This document shows positions 14,544 through 23,340 of a stretch of 32,847 nt of DNA, piece after piece; positions within the stretch are counted from its first letter, which is position 1; each line of letters starts with the position of its first letter. A program made the position numbers and the translations under genes. The DNA is from a virus (lineage: Duplodnaviria; Caudoviricetes): positions 1 through 32,847 of IMG/VR virus record IMGVR_UViG_3300027769_000090; one strand, given 5' to 3'. The notes below the pieces were generated by a model, which was not told the origin of the DNA, searched no databases, and was given only the letters and a program-made list of their open reading frames with translations.

Positions 14544-15872
14544 TTAGTATGATAGCGTGTTAGTGTTTTGTGGAACAGTATCTCCAAGTATACCTTGAAG
14601 TTCTGAATCTAGCAGAAAGCCCTGAATAAGAGGCTCAGAAGTTAGCAGTTTGGTTGTCCAAGTTTTTGGAGTAATATCGTGCTGAACACCCTGAACAAAC
14701 AACTCTTTTGAGATATTGCTACCACCAGACATTGTTCTTTCTACAAAGATAAGGTTGTAGATATCTGAAGATAAATTAATAATTAAGTTTAATTCACTGA
14801 TATCTGCAATGTTATTTACAGTAATTGAGTCAATTCTTAGGTCTGCATCTTTACGACTGGCTAATAATGTTCTGGCTTGATCGTTTGACTCTTGATCTGT
14901 CTGTACAAGAATTCCTGTTCTCTGGCCTGATTTAGTAAAGAATCTTTCAATACTTGGAGTATCAAAAACAGTTTGAGGTACAGGATTAGGCCCAACATTA
15001 TCGTCATATCTTGTAACGGTAACATCGTTTAGAATTAACTGATCATCATAAGCAAAATCAATGCTCTGATATGTAAACTCTCCAGGAGCCCCTGTATCTG
15101 AATAGATTCTAACTGGAGCATCTGCTCTTTTAATAACATCATCACGATCAATAAATAGTGTTTTACCAGATCTTTGCATAAAGAATGCACCAAACTCTGA
15201 TTGCTCAACTGTTTGAATAGCAGCAAGAACTGATCTTGCTCCTCCTGGATCTGCCTGCATAGTAGACTGGCCTGGTAGTGTACTTCTCATGGATGCTGGA
15301 AAACCAGCAAAATCTAATAGTGCATCTACTCTTGCTCCAGATAATTGACCTGCTGGGCATCCAGGAACAGGAGCAACCCCTGTAGAAACATTGTTTAGAA
15401 GACGGAATCCATCAACACATTGCAGAGTAACCTGAGATGTAGTGTAAACTCCATCATAAAATCCAGTGTCGTATGTAACAATATATCCAGAAAATATGTT
15501 AATTTCTAAAATACCACCTACTGCTTGATCAACTTCTGCATAGATTCTTATCTTGCGTAGTGGTACTACCTTTGAACTATCTGTTACTGGATCCCAGAAT
15601 GGACTTGCTGAGTTTTGAGGATTAAACCATGACTCAGGATCATTTAACACTACCGTCGCAGATCCAGCCTCAAAGTTAGAAAGGATACGGTTACGGCCTC
15701 TACGAGTAGAGCATCTCATAACCATATCAGAAATATCATAAAGATCTGAAGCCTGGTCTGCTAAAATATTTTCATCTAAAATGCCATAAACAGGATCATT
15801 AAGAATAAGAGGATATCCAAATGCTGCACCATTAGCAAAGTCAATTTCTACTTTTAATACTGGTGTCGCCAT
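14544..15872 (-). CDS. minor tail (baseplate hub-like) protein
   Basis: Directly after the tape measure gene; RRGR...F.AG.A...L.D....FNP.N..SP pattern. Confidence 0.75.
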   Translation of the reverse strand: MATPVLKVEIDFANGAAFGYPLILNDPVYGILDENILADQASDLYDISDMVMRCSTRRGRNRILSNFEAGSATVVLNDPESWFNPQNSASPFWDPVTDSSKVVPLRKIRIYAEVDQAVGGILEINIFSGYIVTYDTGFYDGVYTTSQVTLQCVDGFRLLNNVSTGVAPVPGCPAGQLSGARVDALLDFAGFPASMRSTLPGQSTMQADPGGARSVLAAIQTVEQSEFGAFFMQRSGKTLFIDRDDVIKRADAPVRIYSDTGAPGEFTYQSIDFAYDDQLILNDVTVTRYDDNVGPNPVPQTVFDTPSIERFFTKSGQRTGILVQTDQESNDQARTLLASRKDADLRIDSITVNNIADISELNLIINLSSDIYNLIFVERTMSGGSNISKELFVQGVQHDITPKTWTTKLLTSEPLIQGFLLDSELQGILGDTVPQNTNTLSY

Positions 15873-15873
15873 T

Positions 15874-18531
15874 TTATATCGCCTCTAATGTTAGACTTTG
15901 GCCATTAGTCTGACCAGCAAGAAGTCCATTTCTAACTGTCTGAACTAAGTCATTTTCAGTTGTTACTGATCCTGCCACATTTATATTAATAACTGGAGCA
16001 CTAGATCCTGACATGCTACTTCCCATTAATCCCTTAGCAGTGTCTAGAGTGTTTGAGTTTCTGAATCTAAATCTTTCATCATAATCCATTGCATCTGCTG
16101 CTGCTTGTGCAGCACTTGAGTCTGCTATTTCTTTTGCCTTAAAGTCAGAAAGCAGTTTTTCTCTTGCTGCTGCTGCTGCAGCGAGTTGTTCTTCTCTTTG
16201 CTGTGCTGCAATTGCCTGGCCTGTGTATCTTGCAGAAGACAAAGCATTCTGTGTGCTGACTCCTTGATTCAAGAGGCCAGTAACCATAGAGTTTGCAATC
16301 TCTGAGGCAGATACTCCAGCCTTTGTTGCATCTGCTACTGCTGAATTTATTGCTTTAGTAGTTGTTGCCGTGCTAATTGCTGATACTGCTGCTGCAACTG
16401 TTGCTGCTGTGGTTCCTGTTGTACCAGTAGTTCCTGTAGTTCCTGTAGTGCCAGTAGTTCCAGTAGTTGGAACACCACCAGAACTTAACTTAAGTTTTCT
16501 TAAGTATTCATCAAGTTCGTTATTTGCTGCTCTCCACTTATTAAATGCTATGTCTGCAGGATCAAATAATGTTCCTGAATATGTAGCAGGTGCCTTAATC
16601 TTATTTAGATAATCAAGAACCTGTTGGTTGCCCACACCCCAGGCTTTAGCCAAATCTGTAATATCTTTATCTGAAATGTCTCCATCAGACTCAATCTTTA
16701 AGATAACATCCTTGTATTTTTCTGCCTCATCCTTGGTTAACTTCCAAGTACCCATGAGAGTTTGAAGATCAGAATCAGAAATCTTACCATCATCTCTTAA
16801 CTTGGAGATAAAGTCAAGATACATTCCTGCTTCTCTTGTGCTTATACCCCATGCCTGTGCAAGTGCTGCAACTTCATCATCTGATACTTTATTATCTTTA
16901 ATAGCAAAGACTGTATAGATATATGTTTTGGCTGCTTCAATTGACATGCCCCACTTTTTAGCAAGAAGTTCTATTTCTTGAGTAGACAGTTTTTCATCTG
17001 CAATAGCAGTTAAAAGATCTGTATATCTCTCAGCATTCTTGTTAATTGCTTCAAATAGAGCAAGTTCCTGAATTCTTAATTTAATTCTTTCTGCTAATGA
17101 TGCATCAGCATCTTTTTGCTTTGCCTGTAATTTTTGTACTGCCGTTAATTGAATATTCTCATACTCAGCAGGATCTGTTATTTTAAGGTTATACTTCTTT
17201 TCAATTTGAGCCTTTAGTGCAGCATTCTTTTTATCAATGTCTGCCTGCTTTTTTGCTGCTGCTGCAGCCTTGGCTGCGGATGCTGCTGCTGCTCTTTCTT
17301 GTGCTTCTCTAATTTTTTGTGATTTTGCTGCTGCTGCTGCTTGAACTTCAGCCTTGTACTTTTCTGCTGCTGCTCCACCATAAGTTTTTTCAGTTAACTT
17401 TGAAACATAATCAGTTGTAACTCCAAGGCTTGTATTGTATCCATTTGTTGCATCTGTTGCTTTCCAAGTTGCAAATCCAAGACCAGCCATAGCCAAAGCA
17501 CCTAAGCCTGCTGCTACTGCAGTACCAAATGATGCAATTGCTGTAGCAGTTGCTGCTACTGTTGTTGCTGATGCAATGGCTGTCCATGCTGTAAGCACTA
17601 GTCCTAAGTTTGCAAGGAATACACCAATATTTGCAATAGTAAATACTACAGCAGTAATTCTAACAATATCATCTAGATTATCTTTATATTTATCTGCCCA
17701 GCGAAGAATTCTTCCAACAATGTCCAAAAACTTTAAACCAAGTTGCATAGAACCTTCAAATGCTTGGCTTAAGTCTGTACCGTTTGTCTGTACCCATTTT
17801 TCAACTGCTGGAATTACAACATTAATTATTTCATCTGTAAATCTTTGAACTACTGGTAATAACTTTAAACCTATTGTTTCAAGAACTTCTCCATATGCTA
17901 GTTGTAATGTTGTTAGTGGATCAAGATTTGCTAATTGTTCTGCTGTACCAGCATATGTGGTACCAAGAATAGACATAATGTCTTCAAATTTTGTTGTTTT
18001 GCTTATAAGTCCAGATAGTTCTGGAGATAACTTCTTTAATGCACCAACATTTCCCTGCTGTGCTTTGGTAATTCCAATTGTTACGGCCTGTAAATCTCTA
18101 CCTGTTGCTGCTGCAACATCTAATGCAATTGTCTGAAGTCTTTGTGATTCAGTCATATCTTGTGTAGCAACAAATAATGTTGCAAGACTTGCTCTTAATG
18201 CTGTATCGCTTTGGTTTACACGAAACTGAGTTACCTTTATGTATTCTTCAGCAGCAGCGATTGCCTCTTTTGTTGCACCAGTTGTATTCATCATTGCATT
18301 TGCAAGAATTAACTGTGACTTTGAATCCTCAATTGCTGCTTTTACAGCATCAGTTCCAATTTTTATGCTTAGTGCAGCAGAGGCTGCAACGGCAATACCA
18401 AATGACTTTCTTGTCTTTTTTGCAAAGGCATCAAACTGGGCTCCAAGTTTCTTAAGATCTTTTTGGGCTGCCTTAGAACCTTTATCTGAGTATTGGGTAA
18501 GAATTCTGGCAACTACTGCACCTGTAGCCAT
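15874..18531 (-). CDS. tail tape measure protein
   Basis: 885 aa, Ala-rich helical, central hydrophobic segment, C-terminal ININVAGSV; follows the tail chaperone genes. Confidence 0.9.
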   Translation of the reverse strand: MATGAVVARILTQYSDKGSKAAQKDLKKLGAQFDAFAKKTRKSFGIAVAASAALSIKIGTDAVKAAIEDSKSQLILANAMMNTTGATKEAIAAAEEYIKVTQFRVNQSDTALRASLATLFVATQDMTESQRLQTIALDVAAATGRDLQAVTIGITKAQQGNVGALKKLSPELSGLISKTTKFEDIMSILGTTYAGTAEQLANLDPLTTLQLAYGEVLETIGLKLLPVVQRFTDEIINVVIPAVEKWVQTNGTDLSQAFEGSMQLGLKFLDIVGRILRWADKYKDNLDDIVRITAVVFTIANIGVFLANLGLVLTAWTAIASATTVAATATAIASFGTAVAAGLGALAMAGLGFATWKATDATNGYNTSLGVTTDYVSKLTEKTYGGAAAEKYKAEVQAAAAAKSQKIREAQERAAAASAAKAAAAAKKQADIDKKNAALKAQIEKKYNLKITDPAEYENIQLTAVQKLQAKQKDADASLAERIKLRIQELALFEAINKNAERYTDLLTAIADEKLSTQEIELLAKKWGMSIEAAKTYIYTVFAIKDNKVSDDEVAALAQAWGISTREAGMYLDFISKLRDDGKISDSDLQTLMGTWKLTKDEAEKYKDVILKIESDGDISDKDITDLAKAWGVGNQQVLDYLNKIKAPATYSGTLFDPADIAFNKWRAANNELDEYLRKLKLSSGGVPTTGTTGTTGTTGTTGTTGTTAATVAAAVSAISTATTTKAINSAVADATKAGVSASEIANSMVTGLLNQGVSTQNALSSARYTGQAIAAQQREEQLAAAAAAREKLLSDFKAKEIADSSAAQAAADAMDYDERFRFRNSNTLDTAKGLMGSSMSGSSAPVININVAGSVTTENDLVQTVRNGLLAGQTNGQSLTLEAI

Positions 18532-18534
18532 TTG

Positions 18535-19071
18535 TTAGTTCCTCCTCTTATTTAGGTTCTGTTGTAATGTTTGCTTAACATTGTTGAATGCGTGTTCAAC
18601 ATTTTTTACAATTCTATCTTTATTGTTGTCTACAGATCTCCAAATTAAACGAGAAGCCTTTGACTCTTTTCTTTCAAGGTTACTGATAAATGTACCAGTT
18701 CCTTTGTTTCTTCTACCTGCTAATTCATAAATAACACCTGCTGCAGATCTGTTCTTTAATGCTCCTGCTGATGTTGTGTAGTCTTTTCTAACCTTACCCT
18801 CAGCCTTTGTGGATGTTATTCCTGCCTTAATAATACTTTGATCCCAAGCAGGCCATCCTGCACCACCACGACTACGAGGGTTGCGAGCAGCCTGAGTGGA
18901 CCATCCACTTAATGGGGCATCTGATTTTACGAAACCTTGGGCTTCGTCTTTGGCAATTTTGAGTTCTCTATTAATTACTTTTTTAAACTCTTTAACTGCA
19001 TCTTTATCAAATTGGTCCAATGCTTTTAGTGTCTCTGTTAATCCTTTTAACACTATCACATCTTTACTCAT
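18535..19071 (-). CDS. HK97 gp10-like tail completion/neck protein
   Basis: V.LKGL.ETLKAL..FD, G.IYELAG, basic C-terminal helix. Confidence 0.65.
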   Translation of the reverse strand: MSKDVIVLKGLTETLKALDQFDKDAVKEFKKVINRELKIAKDEAQGFVKSDAPLSGWSTQAARNPRSRGGAGWPAWDQSIIKAGITSTKAEGKVRKDYTTSAGALKNRSAAGVIYELAGRRNKGTGTFISNLERKESKASRLIWRSVDNNKDRIVKNVEHAFNNVKQTLQQNLNKRRN

Positions 19072-19229
19072 TGCTTGCTCGCATCCTTTGATCGTTGTTT
19101 TAGATAAATAACCATTGACTCAAGTATCCCATCAGGGGCATCCATTAAGTCAGTTGGTGCTATGCCTGTTTCCACAGAAATCATTGCTAACGAATATGTT
19201 AGGCTGTCTCTGTGGATTCTAAATTTGGG
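19068..19229 (-). CDS. -1 frame extension of the tail assembly chaperone (gpGT-like)
   Basis: After CCCAAATTTA the -1 frame is open (RIHRDSLTYSLAMISVETGIAPTDLMDAPDGILESMVIYLKQRSKDASKQ) up to an ATGA overlap with the next gene. Confidence 0.8.
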   Translation of the reverse strand, partial: PKFRIHRDSLTYSLAMISVETGIAPTDLMDAPDGILESMVIYLKQRSKDASKQ

Positions 19230-19477
19230 TCTACGACTAACTCAACACTTTCTAAAGTGTCAAGGAAGGAATCTCCCCAAGGCTTTACAACCTGACCAGC
19301 ATCCTTCAAAGCACTGTGTGCCAAGAAGTAGATGTGTTCAAGTTTCTGATCTTCGCTAAGAAGTTTAGCAAAACCCTTGCCAAACTTTTGCTCAAATGCA
19401 ACTATTGCTCGTGGTCTTAGAGATAGTGTTCCCTCAAACCCGTCAACAGTTTTTACTTTTATATGTAGTCCGTCCAT
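19199..19477 (-). CDS. tail assembly chaperone (gpG-like)
   Basis: Follows the tail tube genes; ends DPNLESTETA with a slippery site. Confidence 0.8.
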   Translation of the reverse strand: MDGLHIKVKTVDGFEGTLSLRPRAIVAFEQKFGKGFAKLLSEDQKLEHIYFLAHSALKDAGQVVKPWGDSFLDTLESVELVVDPNLESTETA

Positions 19478-19506
19478 CTTTGTCCCCTTTCAAGGTGTTA
19501 TTTGTT

Positions 19507-19917
19507 TTATGGAGTTGTATCTTTTTCAATTGTGCCATAAATTGGCCAGTCAACCGTTACAGTTGCAAGGCTTCCTGGAGTTCCTGTTAAAGGAGCCCAT
19601 TGGCTAACAAGTGCTTGAAATCTGTATTCAGGATTCGTAGCACTTATTGCTGCATTTTCTGGTCTTACTGAACAATTAATTAACAATCCTCTGTTTGGAT
19701 ATATTACAGATTCTAGTTGCGATACACCAAAATCTTGCATTAGTTCAAGGCTTAAAGAATTGTCCTCAAGCCCTGCAACCATCTTTTTTGCAATATCTCC
19801 AACCTGTGTAACCTCAACCAAGTCATAAACTGTTCCAAAACTTATGGAAGAGCAATGATCAGAAACATCATAGCCATCTAAAATTATTCTGGGGTTAGTT
19901 AAGACTAGTTTTGACAT
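19507..19917 (-). CDS. tail tube protein paralog 2
   Basis: LVLTN...D.S...SS.......VE.T..G......AGL.D.S...E.M.DF...NP.Y...L.S.W.PL.G..G.L.TV.V.WP..G.I.K, shared with 19924..20382. Confidence 0.8.
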   Translation of the reverse strand: MSKLVLTNPRIILDGYDVSDHCSSISFGTVYDLVEVTQVGDIAKKMVAGLEDNSLSLELMQDFGVSQLESVIYPNRGLLINCSVRPENAAISATNPEYRFQALVSQWAPLTGTPGSLATVTVDWPIYGTIEKDTTP

Positions 19918-19923
19918 GATCTA

Positions 19924-20382
19924 TTACGCTGTTGCCTTTACGATTTGTCCGCTTACAGGCCATGTGACAGAAACAGTTGATAGTTCACCAACGGCTCCAT
20001 TTAGAGGAGTCCATTCTGAAATCAAAACCTGTCCTGCCTTTGTTGCACCTGATCCTGAACCATCAGCCTTGTAAATTGGATTTGTTACAGATACTGCTGC
20101 TGAAGTTGGCTTGATTGTGAAATTCGCCAATTCTCCAATTCCAATTGCGCTTATTACTTGCTCAAGAGCACCTGATGCAAAGTCATTCATAAATTCTACG
20201 GTTACTGAATGATCCTTTAGTCCTGCTGTTCTTGTTCGTGCTCCTGCTGGTCCAAAACCTGTGGTCTCAACCACATCTTCTGGTGTGTTAATTGTGACGC
20301 TAGAAATGTATTCTGATATGTCAGTTAGTGGAGCACTTGCTCCAATTTCTACAACTGCATTTGTTAATACTAAACGAGCCAT
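19924..20382 (-). CDS. major tail tube protein
   Basis: Same tail-tube motif set; strong AAGGAG RBS; canonical position. Confidence 0.85.
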   Translation of the reverse strand: MARLVLTNAVVEIGASAPLTDISEYISSVTINTPEDVVETTGFGPAGARTRTAGLKDHSVTVEFMNDFASGALEQVISAIGIGELANFTIKPTSAAVSVTNPIYKADGSGSGATKAGQVLISEWTPLNGAVGELSTVSVTWPVSGQIVKATA

Positions 20383-20384
20383 GA

Positions 20385-20624
20385 TTATTTATCTCCTTCA
20401 TTGTTGAATGTTTCTTTAATTTCATCCACCTTTGGTGCTTCTTTCACCTCTGGTGTATGTCTTACTGATGGTGCTTGTGTTGCTGTTCCTTGCTTTTTTG
20501 CTATTCCTCCAGAGGCCAAAAGATAATCTATTGAGGCTCCAAGGTCAAGCAATTCTTGTTCTGTGAATGTTTCGCCAGCAGATTTGCCACCTACTTGTGT
20601 TGGCGAGGTTACGATATATTCCAT
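20385..20624 (-). CDS. hypothetical virion-associated protein
   Basis: 79 aa between the tail terminator and tube genes; AAGGAG RBS. Confidence 0.65.
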   Translation of the reverse strand: MEYIVTSPTQVGGKSAGETFTEQELLDLGASIDYLLASGGIAKKQGTATQAPSVRHTPEVKEAPKVDEIKETFNNEGDK

Positions 20625-20633
20625 TATTTCTCC

Positions 20634-21035
20634 TTAGCCCCAAAGTGTGAGGTTATAGCGATAAGATAAAAATGATTGATCCCCAGAATTGTAAGTACCA
20701 CTTTCTGCACTTATAACTCTTAGTGTATCAACAAGACCACCTAATGTTCTATCTGATTCTAGAGCAGTTTTAATTGATCCAGTTCCAGTTCCCGCTAATA
20801 GATTATCTAGTTTGTCTTGCCCTGCTCGTTCAGAAAATCTCTGAACTATCACAAATACATCAACAGATGCTTGGTCTAAACCACGCATATTGTTAATATC
20901 AAATGTGAAATCTAGTTGTCCTACAATTGCACATGGTGGAACTACTACATCTGGAATTGTATCATAAACTCTCAATCCCGTGATTGTTTCTAGGTTCTTT
21001 CCAAGTGCATCTCTTACTTGATTAATTTTAATCAT
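20634..21035 (-). CDS. tail terminator/completion protein
   Basis: L.TITGLRVY...P....PP.A, SIK.ALE.DRTLGG.V; position. Confidence 0.75.
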   Translation of the reverse strand: MIKINQVRDALGKNLETITGLRVYDTIPDVVVPPCAIVGQLDFTFDINNMRGLDQASVDVFVIVQRFSERAGQDKLDNLLAGTGTGSIKTALESDRTLGGLVDTLRVISAESGTYNSGDQSFLSYRYNLTLWG

Positions 21036-21673
21036 TAGAACGCCAATCCAAAGTTTCTACGGAATGGCTTTAATAAAATCTCAACATCTGGATCTAGACG
21101 AGAACTCAAACGAACTGTTCCTAGTTCTACAGATCCTGCAATACCAAACGGAGATTGCTTTCTAACAAATAGTCTTGATGCCTGTATCTTACAAGCAAGT
21201 TGTACCTCATAAGGTACTTCTTTCCATCCAAAGATTCCAGTTATTTTAACTGTCTGAGGAAAGAAATATGGAAAAACATATGTCTGAATTGCCAAGAGTC
21301 TTGTTACTGGCCATCCTCTTTCAGGATTATTAATTGGCTCATACATAACATCTGTATCTAAGTTCCATACTTGATTGAATGGACCTGATTGGTTTGCTCT
21401 TGATCTAATTTCTACTGGCTCTACTAAGTCGTCTATCTCTAAGTACCACGGATTTACGGGTGTGTAGATTTTTGTTGTAGGTGAAAGAAGAGTACCTTCT
21501 TGGTAGAAAGATCTCTGGCAGTAGTCATCAATCATACGACTTGCAGCAAGAATAGCCATTTGAATGTCTTGATCATCAATGCTATCTTCAATCTGTAGGC
21601 CATTTCTTACATCAGCCAAAGTTGTATAGACATTTGTTGGTTGGCTAGAACTAGCAGCAGTAGGGTAACTCAT
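21035..21673 (-). CDS. head-tail connector/adaptor (gp6/gp15-like)
   Basis: YTTL..V...L.I....DD......AASR.ID.YC.R, FGW..VP..V..AC, DPDV..LL.PFR. Confidence 0.85.
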   Translation of the reverse strand: MSYPTAASSSQPTNVYTTLADVRNGLQIEDSIDDQDIQMAILAASRMIDDYCQRSFYQEGTLLSPTTKIYTPVNPWYLEIDDLVEPVEIRSRANQSGPFNQVWNLDTDVMYEPINNPERGWPVTRLLAIQTYVFPYFFPQTVKITGIFGWKEVPYEVQLACKIQASRLFVRKQSPFGIAGSVELGTVRLSSRLDPDVEILLKPFRRNFGLAF

Positions 21674-21774
21674 TTATTCCTCTTCTCCAATTTAGGCAAC
21701 ATAGCCTTCTCCATCTTAGGAGTAGCACTTGCTGTCTCTTTCTTAATCTTAAAGATATTCTTAATTTTTTTCAT
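21670..21774 (-). CDS. small basic protein (34 aa, not in ORF track)
   Basis: MKKIKNIFKIKKETASATPKMEKAMLPKLEKRNK; AAGGA RBS, ATGA overlap. Confidence 0.55.
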   Translation of the reverse strand: MKKIKNIFKIKKETASATPKMEKAMLPKLEKRNK

Positions 21775-21788
21775 AACTTCCTTTTTTT

Positions 21789-21833
21789 AAAAAGGAGTGG
21801 GCCAAAGACGGGGACTTCCTCAACCCACTCCTT
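21789..21833 (-). terminator. probable terminator/attenuating hairpin after the major capsid gene
   Basis: AAGGAGTGGG...CCCACTCCTT 10-bp stem, 22-nt loop, short T run. Confidence 0.6.
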
Positions 21834-21875
21834 CCTTAGATTACTCTAAGTATTGCATAGAATCAACTATACAAA

Positions 21876-23228
21876 TTAGAATGTAGGTGTTACAAGACCA
21901 GTTCCTGAGATCTTTGAGAATGCTGCAGGGTAACGGCCAGCAGTTGCTGCTGCGTATCCGTATACGACTGACTTAATTGTCAATGATCCAGCACCTGTTG
22001 CATCAAAGTTCAATGCAAATGGTGATCCAGCCTGCTCCCAAAGATGGAATTCTGGTGCAGTTACGCAATAGATTTCATCTTCGTTAGTGCCAGCACCTGC
22101 TGTTGTTGTAACATTCGCATCTGCAACAATTGGAAGACCCATTAGTGAGTATCCTGAATTGCCGTAGTATGCCTGGCCTGCACCTGTTGCGAATGAGTTC
22201 ATTGGGCCGTTTAGTGTAGGAACTACAAGTGGACGACCTGCTGTATCAACTGCTGCAAGCAAGAATGCTAGGCGACGAGGGTGCATGACCCAGTGTGTTG
22301 GGTTCATGAATGCACCAGTCTGTACCAACTGGTAAGCGTTAGCCAACTTTGGATACAGTTCTGCAACTGTTGGTGATGCATCTGTGTATGTTACAGATCC
22401 AATACCTACAGTGTTTGAAAGACCTAGGATAGAACCTGATGTTCCGTCACCGTTAAGGATCTGTGAATCAAGTGTTGTGTGCCATCCACGGATAAGGTCT
22501 GAGATGATGAATGAGTCAATACCTGTACCACGCTCAATCGCCTGCTTTGAGATATCCTGCTGTCCTGCGATTGTACGAACATTCACAGTAAGTAGTGTAT
22601 CGTCAGCATTTGTCTCTGAGATAGCATCATTTTCAGCAGCCTGAACTGCAGTTGATGTACCAGTTGTCATGCGTGAGATATTTAGTGTCATACCTGCTGG
22701 AGGCAAAACCATCTTGTTTGTTGCGAAGTCTGCTGTTGGGCGACCTGCACGAGCAAGAGGTGCTGCTAGATCAACAAGGTACTGTGGGATTACGAGACCA
22801 GCAAAGTTGCCAGTTCCTACATCACGACGCTCAATCTCTTCTTCACGAGTGTGACGAGCAAGACGCTCTTGTGCTGCATAGTCATTGCTGAACTTTGCTG
22901 CAAATGCATCCTTAACGAATGAGTTGTCTGCTTGAGGTGTGTATGTACGAACCTCAGAAACAATCTTTGTTGATGCAGAAACCTTTGGCATTGCAACATC
23001 AGCGACTGCTGATCGTGCTTCTGCTGCCTTAGCATCTGCTGCTGCCTGAGCAGTCAACTTTTCAATCTTTGAATCTAGTGAGCGTGACTCTTCAACAAGG
23101 GCATCAACCTTTGCTGACTCATCATTTGTAAGGTCTGTACGATTCTCTGCAGCAACTGCCTCAAGAACTTCGTCCAACTCTACCTTAACTGCATCACGGC
23201 GTTCAATTACTTTGTCTAGATAAGACAT
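21876..23228 (-). CDS. major capsid protein, HK97 fold with N-terminal delta domain
   Basis: Coiled-coil N-terminus, AGLVIPQYLVD, LNGDGTSG...GL, WVMHPRR, GRPL, LMGLPIV.D. Confidence 0.95.
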   Translation of the reverse strand: MSYLDKVIERRDAVKVELDEVLEAVAAENRTDLTNDESAKVDALVEESRSLDSKIEKLTAQAAADAKAAEARSAVADVAMPKVSASTKIVSEVRTYTPQADNSFVKDAFAAKFSNDYAAQERLARHTREEEIERRDVGTGNFAGLVIPQYLVDLAAPLARAGRPTADFATNKMVLPPAGMTLNISRMTTGTSTAVQAAENDAISETNADDTLLTVNVRTIAGQQDISKQAIERGTGIDSFIISDLIRGWHTTLDSQILNGDGTSGSILGLSNTVGIGSVTYTDASPTVAELYPKLANAYQLVQTGAFMNPTHWVMHPRRLAFLLAAVDTAGRPLVVPTLNGPMNSFATGAGQAYYGNSGYSLMGLPIVADANVTTTAGAGTNEDEIYCVTAPEFHLWEQAGSPFALNFDATGAGSLTIKSVVYGYAAATAGRYPAAFSKISGTGLVTPTF

Positions 23229-23340
23229 TTATTGTTCTCCTTTGTGAGTTTGTTTAGTGCGAGGTGGTGGTTACGGGTTTCACGACGCTTACGGGTGTGA
23301 GCCTAACTCCGACTTCTACCTATCTTGTTAGATAGGAATA

